From Octopus vulgaris (Eukaryota), in assembly GCA_951406725.2 (NCBI GenBank), contig OX597820.1, positions 56,730,001-56,794,000 on the forward strand: a DNA stretch of 64,000 bases. The letters are read 5' to 3'. Both the position numbers and the translations under genes were made by a program. The notes beneath the pieces are model-generated. The model did no database searches and was not told the DNA's origin. It saw only the letters and a list, made by a program, of their open reading frames with translations. Below are positions 24,035 through 37,897 of this stretch, in pieces (within the stretch, counting starts at the first letter, position 1; each line of letters starts with the position of its first letter).

Positions 24035-24298
24035 CCGTATGAGATCGCCTGAAATTGTAAATCCGTTCTAAAATAGCTGAAGGTTAAATGTACACGTTCC
24101 ATGCACCGAATACTTAAGCCCGGAGATCAAATTCTTATGAATTTGATCTCTGGACTAAAGTATTCGCTTTTTTGAGCTACGCATACATCTTATTAATATT
24201 TTCGATTTTGTAATGCAATGCATTGACCGTGTACAATTTAATCTTCAACCTTTTTTATGTTTCAGAACGGATTTACAATTTCAGGCGATTTCATACGG
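24035..24298. repeat. Nested inverted repeat (outer ~70-bp arms plus an inner ~60-nt hairpin)
   Basis: ccgtatgagatcgcctgaaattgtaaatccgttct (24035-24069) versus agaacggatttacaatttcaggcgatttcatacgg (24264-24298). Inner hairpin at 24107-24166. Confidence 0.85.
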
Positions 24299-24559
24299 AT
24301 ATATAGTTTATAATTATATATTTTTTATAAGTATTTTTTGCATTTATATATTATATATTTTATATGATGAATTGTGTCTTTCGAAAAATATATTGAGGAA
24401 AATAATCTGTTTTTTTGGCTGTCAATATTTTGAACGTTGCCTTTTCATTGAAACCTACATTACTCTATATTCTCTTAAATCTATTTACTGAGCGCTAACT
24501 TATTCTTCTGCATAAGAAATTCATTTCCTTCTATTTTCTTCCTCTCTATATATATGTAA

Positions 24560-24591
<32 letters not shown>

Positions 24592-24648
24592 TTGTACATA
24601 CACGGTGATAAAGTTCTAGAAAATTTTCGTCAACTAATTTCTACTCAC

Positions 24649-24963
24649 AAGCCTCTTCAAATTGAGGCTGCGGTAGAACTTGCTAGAAGTACGGAATGCA
24701 ATATCGAACTTTGAATGGCGTGGTTGCTTGCAGTCAAAGAGGTGGTGCTTAGAGCGACGTTGGTGATGCTAATGACAGTGGTGGTGGTGGTGGTGGTTTT
24801 GGTGGCGGTGGTGGTGGTGGTGCATGAGGAAATGACTTTTGTGCGAGACTTTTGTTGATGCGCTCGGTTGAATGGGTTGAATGCTGTGAGATAGCAACGC
24901 GGCCGTTTGGAGAAAAGAAGCAGTAGCAAGCAGCAGTAGAAGACACTTTTCCATAACGACCAT
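24649..24963 (-). other. Candidate coding exon (signal peptide-like, His-rich), with one in-frame TAG
   Basis: MVVMEKCLLLLLATASFLQTAALL...HHHHHRHQNHHHHHHCH*HHQRRSKHHLFDCKQPRHSKFDIAFRTSSKFYRSLNLKRL followed immediately by GTGAGT (24648-24643). Length is 315 nt, phase 0. Confidence 0.3.
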
Positions 24964-27319
24964 CAAACACCACCACCACCACCACCACAACCAACAACAA
25001 CAACAATACTATCCTCGTCGTCACCCCCACCACTACCAACACTACCACCACCAGCAACAGCTGCTGTTCAAGAATTTGGACCTGGAGATCTCCATTTCTA
25101 GCGACTTTGAGGGCCACCTCCCAGTGGTGTCGGGCGTCAATGAAAAGCCCTCGACTACAACAAGACGACGAAAGTTATTTTTTTGTCAAAAGTCTCCCGC
25201 CCCTAAGCCCTAGACCATCACCTAATCACCCTTACCCGTCTTGTTGCTTAACAACAACAACAATACCATCATTGTCACAACCACCATCACCACCACCACC
25301 ACCAGTACCATCACCACCAACAACAACACCATCCTCGTCGTCATCACCAGCACCACCAGCAACAACAACAACACCATCATTGTCACCAGCACCACCACCA
25401 GCACCACCACCAGCACCACCAACAACAACAACACCATCATCGTCATCACGAACAACATCCTAAAACCCGTCAATAATTGCGATATGGGTGCCAACAACAA
25501 CGTAATGCAAACGGCATGTCAATTTGCACAAAGCTCTGCGGCAAAATCTCCCCTGTACCAGCGAACAGGAGATCAAGGCCGAGAGTGTGAGTTTCTAATC
25601 GAGGGTGATGAGCATGATTGTTGCAAGCTGAGGTCATAAATGTGTTCCACTCTTTTTTGTATTCGTCTAAGTGTCTTGGCTACTTGCGATAAGGTCGGGA
25701 AATTGTCGTGCTGATAACGGTTATTGAGCCAGAAACAAATGTCCACCATTGTCCTCTTATCTCCAGACGACAAGTCTATTCTTTTCCTTAACGGCATGTC
25801 AACTTGGTAGAATTCTTGAATCCTGAAATGTTTGCCCCTTCTCATGTGGAGCTGGTTTCAATTAGCGTTTTGTAATTGTGGTACACCGGGAGTTAATTTT
25901 AATGAATCAAGCGATTACGTTGTATGATATTTGATATACCTGTATTTGGCTATGTACCTTACCATGAACACATGTCCATAGATAAGATTCGTAATGTCTT
26001 TTGGTTTCCACTATAGAAACCATATATTATCTGAAAAATCCAGATATGGTTACAGATTATGAGATAGAGAGGTAAAACGGTTATTCACATGACTTGAGAT
26101 ATTAAAATTACCCATAGGTAAAATAAAATAAAGAGCAGCATTGAGTAAGATGTAATATAATTTAAAAAGAAAATATGGAAAATGTTATTGGAAAGATAAT
26201 TTTTTTTCAGATTTTAAACCGTGAGAGAGATAAACGGAAGATAATAGGCCCTCGAAATTAGAATATGCAAATGTATTTAATAATCACCGAACTTGTAATA
26301 GAGCCAGTTGAAAGAAAATATATAAAAAGTAAGAAAATGAAGGGAAATATAAAATTTAATAGCATAAAGATATGGTAGAAGATTACGCGTAAAGACAAGT
26401 AAAATATGATGGTAAATAAAGATTGAATAATAAATGTTAAAAGCAGCAATCCCAACAGCAACGCCAACACAAGAACAATAATTATTTAACAGCGAACATA
26501 AATTTATGCAAGAAATCTAAAATACAGAAGCACAGTATTAGTAGTAGCCACCATATAGCTTGGTGAAGAATCATATAGTTAAAAATATAAAACATAAACA
26601 TCGTTATGAACCAAACGCTATTAGTATAGAATAATAGCTAGTTAAAAGAATTTACGGGAAGAAAATTTTACGAGAAAGATGCTACCTAAAAATTTTAAAA
26701 AAAAAAACCTGAAAGAAAATCTTTGAACACGAAAATATATTTGCTTCGGTGATGTATGAAAAAGTAGTCTTATAATTGGAATTTCGCTGTAGGATTTTTG
26801 AGTAGAGGAAGTAATAAATTTAAGAAATAGTAACAAGTAATATTCTTATTGGTTGTACAAGATGAAAAATAGAAAAAATGTCAGACATACAAATGTAATT
26901 AAAATAGAATAAAATAATAAACAGAATATACAGTAGAAACGAATACAGAGGCAAAGATAGGTACACACACACATACACACACATATACACACTCACACAC
27001 ATATACACACACACATACACAAACACTCACATATGTATATATTCACATACATATCTTGTTGACGCCATAAAAGCTTATAAACTTTCGAGAGAAAGTGGAT
27101 AAATTATTTTGGGGAACTGGTTCTCGAAGCACATATAAACCTGTATGCGCTACCATGTAAATATTGGGTCGAAAAACCTTTCTTGCACAGAAAGGGTCAA
27201 AGGCTGCCCGTGAGATACGAACCCACCTATCCGGTAGATATGAGTTTTCCGCGTGAGTAGATACGCCTCAACCTGCGAGCTTGTTATACAACTGAACTTT
27301 GTTCACAATCCACTACAGA

Positions 27320-27870
27320 AAATGCTGGAAAGTGTGCGAAGTGGGTACCTCGAGAGTTGATACTCAATTTGAAGAACAGGAGTGAGGAATTCTACTCTAA
27401 TCTGCTGTAATCGTTTGAAGCGAATGAAGATACGTTGCTTCCTTTGATCTGATAACAGGGGATGCTATGTGGCCATATTTTTATGATCCGGAAACAAAAG
27501 CTCAATTCATCTTTTTTTCCAAGGCCTAAGAAGTTCAAAAGTTAGTGATCGATACAGAGGGTGATAGCGACTGTTTTGTTGGGTGACAAGGGCATTATTC
27601 TCCTCGATTTTCTGGAACGTAGCTGTAATATGAACAGCGAGCGATACACTGAGACACACACAAAAAAGCATAAAGAATCCATTAACAGAAAAAAAAACAA
27701 ATAAAAAATGAGAAACCGATCCACATTCCCCATGACAATGTACAGCCACACGCATCATTGATAACAAATCGTGCAATCGCGAACATGGCGGGTTAATGGT
27801 TCCTATTCTTCACACAACTTGGATCTAGCGCCCTCCGAATTCCACCTGTTCGTTCAATGAAAGGCAGTTT
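27320..27870 (+). pseudogene. Decayed mariner transposase relic (second family)
   Basis: CAKWVPREL, ITGDAMWPYFYDPETK, VIATV..GDKGIILLDFLE, HDNVQPH and DLAPSEFHLF, with stops and frameshifts. TIRs not found. Confidence 0.8.
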
Positions 27871-27981
27871 CTAAGGCAATTAGATGACTGACCGTGAAGA
27901 AGTGAGTACAACAGTACACGCCTGAATACTGTCGTATTAATATGCATCCTATGAATATATGCATGATTATTTAAGATATGT

Positions 27982-28576
27982 AAGGCGGTGAGTTGGTAGA
28001 ATCGTTAGCACGCCGGGCGAAATGCTTAGCGGTATTTGGTCTGCTGCTACGTTCTGAGTTCAAATTCCGCCGAGGTCGACTTTGCCTTTCATCCTTTCGG
28101 GGTCGATTAAATAAGTACCAGTTACGCACCGGGGTCGATATAATCGACTTAATCCGTTTGTCTGACCTTGTTTGTCCTCTCTGTGTTTGGCCCCTTGTGG
28201 GTAGTAAAGAAATAGGTATTTCGTCTGCCGTTACGTTCTGAGTTCAAATTCTGCCGAGGTCGACTTTGCCTTTCATCCTTTCGGGGTCGATAAATTAAGT
28301 ACCAGTTACGCACTTGGATCGATGTAATCGACTTAATCCCTTTGTCTGTACTTGTTTGTCCCCTCTATGTTTAGCCCCTTGTGGGCAATAAAGAAATAAG
28401 AAAAGATTAGCGGCATTTCGTCTGTCTTCACATCCCGAGTTCAAATGCCACCGAGGTCAACTTTGCCTTTAATCCTTTCGGGGTCGATGAAATAAGTACC
28501 AGTTACACACAGGGGTCGATGGAATCGATTAGCCCCCCTCTCTCTCAAATTCAGGCTTTGTGCCTATAGTGGAAAG
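27982..28576 (+). mobile_element. SINE family A with three internal units and a ~17-bp TSD
   Basis: Units begin at ~28031, 28215 and 28412. Flanks gattatttaagatatgt (27965-27981) / gattatttaaggtgtgc (28577-28593). Confidence 0.9.
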
Positions 28577-29190
28577 GATTATTTAAGGTGTGCGGGTATT
28601 TTGAATGGTATACGAGTATTTTGAAAAAAACCTCACGGAGTAACGACCATGACCTTCATAGTTACGGTCTACCCTTTGGCAAGGCGTAGCATCCGTTGAG
28701 ACACCCTCTCGGGGATATGGCGAAATTATGGGACCTATTATCTTCCGTTTATCTTCCGTTTTGGCGGATTGTGAAGAAATAACGGAAGAGCTCAACTGAG
28801 TTAATAGTGCTTCTTACATTGATGGTGGGTGGAGGAATCCTTGAAGATCAACAGTCAGAATCACCAAACTCTATCAAAAGGGTAACTGCAATGCATCCAT
28901 AGGAATGGCTTCCATGCGTGTGTAATCAGCTCATGAAAGATTCACTGTGATTCAGTTTCCCAATTCAAATTCATAATAATGGATGGATACAGGGAGTCAT
29001 GGGATTCCTCGAAAGCGGCGGAAGACAAAATAAACCAATAATTTAAGACAGTGAAAAGGCGGGACTGTTATGTACGCAAACACCAATATTCTCAATCCTT
29101 CCCAGAAAATCGAGCTTCTGGAATCATCTCTCTACAGGTGTATTTTATGGAAGAGTGTTGATTTTAAACGGAATATTACGGTTCACCAAG

Positions 29191-29683
29191 TGGAGGCGCG
29201 TGGCATAGTGGTTAGGGTGTCAGCATCATGATCGTAAAATTGTGGTTTCGATACCTGGACCGGGCAACGCGTTGTGTTCATTTCACGTTGCTCCAGTCCA
29301 CTCAGCTGGCAAAAATGAGTAACGCTGCGATGAACTAGAGTCCCGTCCTGCCGGGGAACACATACGCCATAGAAACCGGGAAGTCGGGCCCACGAGCCTG
29401 GCTAGGCTTTAAAAGGGCACATTTATTGTGGAGGTGCAATGGCCCAGTTGCTAGGGCAGCGGACTCGCGGTCGGAGGATCGCAGTTTCGATTCCCAGACC
29501 GGGCGTTGTGTGTGTTTATTGAGGCTCCGGCAGGGTGGGGTGAGTGGCGACCCCTGTTGTACTCTTTCGCTCCAACTTTCTCTAACTCTTTCTTCCTGCT
29601 TTTTGAGTAACGTTACGATGGACTGGCGTCCCATCCATCTAGTGGGGAATGCATACGCCACAGAAACCGGGAAACTGGGCACA
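29191..29683 (+). mobile_element. Tandem pair of tRNA-derived SINEs (family C-related)
   Basis: Two tRNA-like heads (29191, 29430), each with an A box and ggtttcgat/gtttcgatt B box. Both end in a shared ...catacgcca.agaaaccgggaa segment. Confidence 0.85.
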
Positions 29684-29791
29684 TGACAGAATCAAAAACA
29701 ATGCGCATGCACAAAATTAAAAAATATGAAGTGGCGACAATTTACCCATCGCCCCCTGTATATATACATGTATACACATGTGTACTTTATA

Positions 29792-29840
<49 letters not shown>

Positions 29841-32482
29841 GCATACATATACACACAAACACACACACATATATATGTATACACCCACCTGCATATCAAT
29901 CAATGTTTGTATGTACGTATGTATGCATCAATCTCCCTCTATTCATATAGATATATATATCTGTTATACAGAGAAGAATACAGTGTACATTCAAACACAT
30001 AAGAGATAACCAAAAAATAGGACCCTAGGGTAAATGTTTTTATTTTTCATTCACTTTCAGAATTACGTACAACAAATAGTGGCTTGGAGTTTAACTACTC
30101 TTTCTAGTGAGCCAGATATCCTATTTTTTGGTTATCTCTTATGTATTTGATTGTACACTGTATTCTTCTCTGAATAATGTATAGTCTATTGACTAAACTT
30201 TTCCTTCTCGCTAGACCACAGGTAACAAAAATTTTTTCGATAAATATTTTTGCTACCCTAAGATTTTTTAATATATATCTGTTATATATATATATATGCA
30301 CGCACACACATATAAACACACAAAGACACACACAAACACACACACGTGCATATATCCACATACGAGCACACGCAAACAAATACGCACATGCATACATATA
30401 TATATACACTCACATAAATGCCACCCACTTTCGACTCCCCGTCTTAAATATATTCCACATTTTCCATTAATGACTTTTAGAACAACATAAAAGTCATATT
30501 CTGCATTCTTCTAGCTTTCTTGAAGTTAATAGAACTCTCCACTCGCTGATGGATTCCACAGATCATCAAAGATTGACTAATTGATTCTGTTCATCTCATC
30601 AGTACATATGATAAATTAATATTACACTTGTATATTTGCTATTTTTCTGTTGTAATTATTTGAATGTTTACTATTAAGAGGGAATTTATTTCTAATTAAA
30701 ACAGAAAAAAAAATTCTACAGCGATGGAATTTAACTAGTATGTTCGGTGAAGTGTTCCATATTGAGTTTTAGAAAGTCTCGTACACTTTTACAGATTCTG
30801 ATAGCAAATTGTGTGTTAGTTGGTCAATTGTTTTTCCTGAAACTCTGGTATTATTAGCATAGCCAAGTACATCAATGATTACACTGTGAAACAAAATTCC
30901 TATTTTGTCTTCGTCTTTGGTCAGTAAGTGTTATTCCCTTTGTGCTTCTATTTAGAAATCAAAGGAAATGACTACTATTCCCTTCAGGCTTTGTTTCTGT
31001 GACTTGGACATCAATATTTTGAAACTGACCTAGTTTCCATAACATTTCAGACAGATTCAGCGCTGAGTTGCAGAAGCAGAAATATCGTTGTGGCAAATAT
31101 TCTGTTCGATACCACAGATTTGCTTGTCAGTTGCTTGACACTTGAGCATGTCCCTTAGTGGCTGGCAATATGTACATCTCTGATAATGAGAAGGAGTATT
31201 GGGGGAAGAGCGTAGCCATCTGTTGAGAGGGTTTTTTTTTGTGAATTTGAATAAATGTGAGAAAAGCAAAGTTTGAAGGAAAGAGACATTTTTCATACTT
31301 TCTAGCGGTAATGAGAAATAACAGTTGCTACCCAAGAACAAAAATTGTGTCACACAGTGTTACAGGTACAAATGTTATTTTATTGATTTCAAAATTTGGC
31401 ACAAGGCCAGAAATTTCGGGTGGTGGGGAGTATAAGCTGATTGCATCGACCCCAATGTTCAACTGGTATTTATTTTATCATTCTCGAGAGGATTAAAAGC
31501 AAAGTCGCCCTCGGTTATCTTATAATTAACATTCGTACCGGTAATCATTTGTACACTCGGCTACCACAAGTAAATGGCTTTGTTGCTTTCGAAACAGTTG
31601 TCCCTAGATATTTTCCTTCACACTAATTTAGAAGAAATGTTTACGTCTGTTGCACAGCCGTCTTGTTATATCAAGCAGGTTATGCTTGCACTTGATGGAC
31701 ATTTTGATGGCAGTGTTTCACCAATATTACTTGTATTGATAAATATATATGTAATTCAACAACAGGAGCATTCCCTATGCTTATCCCTGCGCAGGCTTTC
31801 TTGTGGACGGCATTGTATATTATTTTAGCAATAAAAACTCATGTCACATTAGAAAGCCTTACCTTAATTACATTGTCGATTATCTGTTGATCGCATGCGT
31901 AATAACTTCCACTTTCAGGGTTTAAGAACTTCGCCGTTACATTTGTATATAGCATATTCTGTAGCTGCTTCTCGCTCTTGGAATGCAAATGCATTACTTT
32001 CAATAAATAAAGTGTCTTAATGGTCATGATTCCGATGGATGCTACACTTCCTGTTCATGTTAGCATCATCCTCAAGTTTTCGGAAAACATAACCGTGTAA
32101 CAGGTCTTAGTTGAGGTGTGTGTATATGGGTTTGCTTGTGTCTATATCTATCTGTCTGTCTGTATGTATGTATGTATGTATGATTGTATGTATGTATGTA
32201 TGTATGGATGGATGGATGGATGGATGGGTGGATGGATTGATGTATGTATGAATATAGGTATGTATCAATGTTAGTATCTTCGAAGAAACACATTTTGCGT
32301 GCTAGATTTAAGCGAGCTACTCGAAAGCGCACTACCATATCTATTATGAGCTGGGGCCATTAGTCACCAGCGGAGCCACATGTGTAAACCATAATTTAAT
32401 TTGAGTGCGCAGTGTTTCTAGTGGTCAGTGATGGTCTTCCTCGGCCACGAGTGGACAGCCATCATCTCATATGTATGCATAT

Positions 32483-32720
32483 TTTTATTTCTATTACTTG
32501 TTTTAGTCATTTGGCCGTAGCCATGCTGGACCACCGCTTTGAAGGTATTTTTTTTAGTCGAACAAATCGACGCCAGGAGTAATTTTTAAGCCGATTACTC
32601 ATTCTATAGTTCTCCTTTGCCGAATCACTATGTTATGGGGCAGTAAACACGCCAGGCGATGGAAGAGGACAAATACAGACTCAAAGATGCACACATACAC
32701 ACACATACACGCACACATAC
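32483..32720 (-). mobile_element. SINE family B 3' half, diverged
   Basis: acttgttttagtcatttggccgtagccatgctggaccaccgc is the reverse complement of the family B tail. Confidence 0.7.
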
Positions 32721-34375
32721 ACACATCCATACGATGTCTATTCCTATTCCTCTTCATCTTTTCTCTCTCTCTCTCGCTCTTTTTCTCGTCTTCTCTCTCG
32801 CTCTTTTTCTCGTCTTCTCTCTCTGTCATCTACCACTTTTATCCCTCCTGCTATTGACACTTCACCCGTGATCATCCAATTTTCTTTTTCTCTTTCTCCT
32901 TTCCTTTTCACACCGACCGCTGAACTTGTATTTTCTCTAATCTCCCACTTCAACCTGTTTCGCTGTCTATTGTCCTTTTGTTTCTAATCCTTTACGATTT
33001 TCCTCTTAGCATTATCCAAACTTTCGTCTCTGCCTGGCCCTAAGGCTGTATTCTGTTTATTTATTTCGTCTTTGTCCCTCGTCCGTCCATCTTAAATCAC
33101 ATTTATTCATGTTCGTATGTCCACTTCTGTATTGCATGTTTACCCATTCCTTGTTTGTTCGTTTTCGTTCTGTTCTGTTTTGGTCACATTTCCGGCAGCT
33201 TCTTGTTGCTGACACCACCGAATCAATATTACCGTAAGGCACGAAATTACGCTTGACACGCACGCTGATAACTGATGAAGAGTTGGTGACCTTCTGTGTC
33301 AGTTTTCCGTTTGTTTGTGCATTTATTATATGTTATTTTAACTTATATGCCTGCACCATATATGCATCCTTAAATTATCTATGTGCGTAAAATTAAAACA
33401 AGAAGAAGCTAAGAGAAAATATCTCAGAGTGGCCAGTGGCATGAATTTTGGCTAGAGAAACGAAAATAGTAAATACCATATAAGGTAAAAATCTTGATTT
33501 ACTGAAGTTATGTATACTACGGGAGAATGTAAACAATCTTCAAGGTGAAATTGCAATCGACTCAGAATGGTTAGGGGTAGTTAGTCTCAAAGAATCAACA
33601 TTTCAATATTTAACATGTTATTATCGAAAGATAAGTTTGTTTTATTTTTATGATGACAAGAGGATAGATGTGGACTCTTGTTTCTGCATCAATAGTCGTC
33701 ATTAGCACAGCAATTTTCCTTCCTTGAATCCAGCTGGGCTTAAAACCTTTTCTGAAATAGAATACATTTGCAAACTAGATTTATTCGTATAGTTAAATCG
33801 ACATTGCATTCAAAGAAATAGCTCAGAATTGCTTGTGGTACGTTTTTGGACAACAAAATCGAATAAAAGAATGCTATGTATGTATGTATGCATGCGTGTA
33901 GGTATGTATTATTTATGTATGCATGTGTGTGTGTATGTATGTATGTATGTATGTATGTATGTATGTATGTATGTATGTATGTATGCATGTATGTATGTAT
34001 GTACTTACGTACGTATGTACGTATGCATGTACGTACGTACATGTGTGTGTATGTATGTCATTATTCAGTTTATTTCAAGGTTTCTGGCTAATAGAGAAAG
34101 AACCGGTTTCTAACCTAGATCCAAGGTTCCTTCATTGGAATTTCAACATCAACAACGGGGTATTTTTGTATGTATGTATGTGCAGATTTATATGTTTTAT
34201 GCATGTATTCTCATGCATATAGTTGCATATCTAGACATGCTCATGTGTTACATATCTCAGGGCCCCAATAATTACAGGTATAAACGGGAACTTGTAATCT
34301 ATACGTTGCAAGCGTATACCCTGCAAAGCGGGGGGGGGTAGTAATCCGACTATTGGTCCCTGATAAACTGCTACA

Positions 34376-36350
34376 CTAGCTAGTTAAAAGATGTTGATAA
34401 AGGGATATGATACAATATTCAAAGGCATTTTGGATCGATGTTAAGCTTCTACCGCCTTGTTTTCGTTTTTGGGATAGATGGTATACGTCACTGTTTATGT
34501 GGAAATTATGTGTGCTTGTTAGTATTTTTCGGGTTTTTACATCAATGGCTCGGATCTCATCAAGCGTCCAATTAAGCAGCCCAAATGTTGCTCTGATTAC
34601 AGGCACTGCAAACACATTGTGCGCCACTATTTTATTGAATGCAGAGAGTTCTGAGGTCTCAATTTTCTTTATTCGACTGTAATATTCTTTAGTGACACGT
34701 GTCTTGGTACAGGTGCCATTGCAACATATATTGTCGTCCACTCCTAGATATCTGCAACATTCCTCGTCAGATACAGGGAAAACAGTCAAATCATTGATGG
34801 AGATGTTGCTAATCTGGTGTATAGTTTTCCCCCTTTTCACAACTCTATAACGACATTTATCCTGTCCAAACTCCAACTCTACATGCTTTGAGGATGTTGT
34901 AGGTCAAGGCTATTTTTCATCTCATGCATATTCTTTGCATAAAGTTTCAAGTCATCCACAAAGAAACATTGTGTAATTTTGGTATCTGTTTCTTTGTGCA
35001 CCAGTGAGATATCCTTCAGACATCCTTAATATGTATGACAAGGGGGTTTACAGAAAATACAACCAGCATCACAGAGAGGTTGTTTCCTTGGAATATGCCT
35101 TTGCGATAATGCATTCTGTCAGTGATAATACAGTCTCTCCTTGTGTTTAATTTCAAGATGGTGGCCCACGATGAAGTCAGGTCAGCTATGGCTTTGGTTG
35201 TGCTCACTGGAACTTTAGCAAGCTGAAGGGCCTCTAGTATCCATGAATGGAGAACATAGTCAAAGGCTTTCTTGTGGTCTAGCCACATTGAAACTAGGTT
35301 TTGTTGATTAACAATTGCTCGGTACTCCCTTCTCAGCTGCTCTGTGCTGATATTATTGGTTTCACAATGGTCCGGGAGGAAGAGATTTAAGCATGCTGTA
35401 TATACCTTATACATTAAGTTCTGGCATGCAATTGGCCGGTAGCTTTTTTTTTGTCTTGTGGGATCAATTTTGTCTCTGCCAGAGCTAACCAATGTGGCTT
35501 GCTACTGTTCCGATTGATAGCTGGTCGGTAGAAGGTTAACTTCTTGTACCAATACCCAACGATCAAGTCTCTTCCAGGTGTTTTTCCATCCTGAAATTTC
35601 TGGATTACAGTTGAGTCTCACCATCAATGTTGTATGTCTTGAGTGTAACGCAGAGGCAATAACTTCTTCGGATTTCTTCCAGTTACAGAACATCCTGGTT
35701 AAACTTCTCTTCACTCCAGATTTTCCTCCAGAAAGAGTCTATGTCGCCTCGTGAAGGAGCTTCTGTGATGTTCACTGCTTCTCCTCTCATGTCTCTGTAT
35801 ATTGCTGCCTGGTTCCGGTTAAAGTTTTTGTTTATTGTTCTTTCCTCGGTTATTCGATTCACTGACTCGCTCCTGCTTCAGGGTAATCAGTTTGCAAGTG
35901 AGTTTCCTCTTTTTGCTATTTCTAAACATCATTTCTGTCTCCTTCTTTACTTTCTGTTGGTGGGATATGTAGGGATTTGCTTGTTTGCTCGCAATAAGCA
36001 TCATTACATAACTAATGGTCTTCGTAAACCAGTTATCTCTTTCTCTGTCTTCAAAACCCATGATGGTACTTTCTTTGTTGTTTCGGTTTTGCTTACTTTT
36101 TGAATGCCATTCACGCACTGCTTTGCAGTAATAACCAGAGCATATAGACAGGCGTTAATCTATCAGAATGTGAGTTCATCAAACTGCTGTTTGTGAGTTC
36201 ATCAAACGCATCACCAATTTCGTTAATAGCTTTTAATACCATATCTGGTGGTTTTCTACTTACGTTGGTAGAGAATACTCTCTCCTCGAGAGAGTCCTTC
36301 AAAGCCAAAGTTATATTTTCACGGAAAATTTCAGTAAGGGCACATTTCAC
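34376..36350 (-). pseudogene. Decayed R4/Dong-clade non-LTR retrotransposon RT region
   Basis: YRPIACQNLMYK, WLDHKKAFD..HSWI, GIFQG, FVDDLKLYA, FGQDKC, YLGV, ELSAFNKIVAHNVFAVPV, WTLDEIRAIDVKTRKILT, KQGGRSL, spread across several frames. Confidence 0.85.
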
Positions 36351-36539
36351 CGGTATATAATCCTGACTACTGTATGTATGTATGTATGTATGTATGTATA
36401 CTTACATATAAGAGAACAAAGTGTACGTACGCCGCTATACATACATACATACATACATACATACATACATACATACATACATACATACATACATACATAC
36501 ATACATACATACATACATGCATACATACATACAAACACA

Positions 36540-36606
<67 letters not shown>

Positions 36607-36609
<3 letters not shown>

Positions 36610-36716
36610 ATACAAAATGGGACTAGAACGCAAAACAAAAAGGGACAACAAAACATCCAGATAGACGATACAAAAAAACAAGGACGGGTCATTCGAAGCT
36701 TTCTATTCTCAGTCAA
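36607..36716. repeat. Short dispersed repeat embedded in microsatellites (second copy at 56590-56770)
   Basis: caaaaagggacaacaaaacatc.agatagacgatacaaa...cattcgaagc..tcta..ctcagtcaag occurs at both sites, each starting right after (TA)n. Confidence 0.8.
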
Positions 36717-37169
36717 GTATGTATGTATGTATGTATGTATGTATGTATGTATGTATGTATGTGTGCATGTATGCGTATAAACGCAAGCGTGTTCGTATAT
36801 GTACGTGTATATGTGTACGTTTGTGTTTGTTTATGACTGAGCTTGTAATTTTTCATGATTTTTGTTATGTATATCTGTGGTCGTTCGTGTGTGAACCAGT
36901 GCATACGTGTGTGACTGTGTCTCTATTTTTTTCATCTGCTTGTGTGAGAGGGCACATGTTGTGTGTACATGTATATGCTTAATCAAGCAAATTCGTTAAG
37001 ACGTACCAGCGCTAGCACAAAACGCGCATGCGTAGAGGAAATATTTATTTTCGGGTTCAACGTTTTGTTCTCATCTTTATCTTTTACTATTTAGGACAAG
37101 CGAAAATCTAGAAATTTTATTACGATTTTTTACAGCCTCGGGAAAAACAGCGTAAAAACAAAAAAACAT

Positions 37170-37343
37170 GAACAACATCACCGCAAACAAAACCACCGCC
37201 GCGACCACCACTACCAATAACAACAACAACACAGGCAAAAGCAGCAACAGCAACAATAACAATGTTTTGTGTTCAGATGATGATAATGGTAATGATCATA
37301 TAGATGATGGAGATGATCACGATGACCGCGGCGACGACGACGT

Positions 37344-37377
<34 letters not shown>

Positions 37378-37547
37378 AATGAAAATGATGTTAGTCGTAG
37401 TGGTGATGTTCGTGACGAAGATGATGATGATAACGATGATGATGATGATGATGATGATGACGATGACGATGATGAGGAGGAGGATGATGAAAATAAAAAT
37501 AATGATTATTATATAATATTCAGAAAAATTGCTGTTTTCAATCAATA

Positions 37548-37587
<40 letters not shown>

Positions 37588-37775
37588 GTAATAATAATAA
37601 TAATAATAATAATGATGATGATAACAAAGCAATAACAATAACAATAATAATGTTAACGTTGATAGTAAGTATGGTAGTAATGATGATAGTAATAATGATG
37701 ATGATGAGGAGGGGGATTATAATGATGATGATGGTTATGATGCACCTATGGCACAATATCAAAGTGAAATTATTC

Positions 37776-37811
<36 letters not shown>

Positions 37812-37821
37812 AAGCAGCAGC

Positions 37822-37897
<76 letters not shown>

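Noticed and set aside
31520-32090. Non-repetitive stretch with short ORFs, possibly a decayed LINE ORF1/gag
   Set aside because: There are multiple stops in all frames and no motif that could be identified with confidence.
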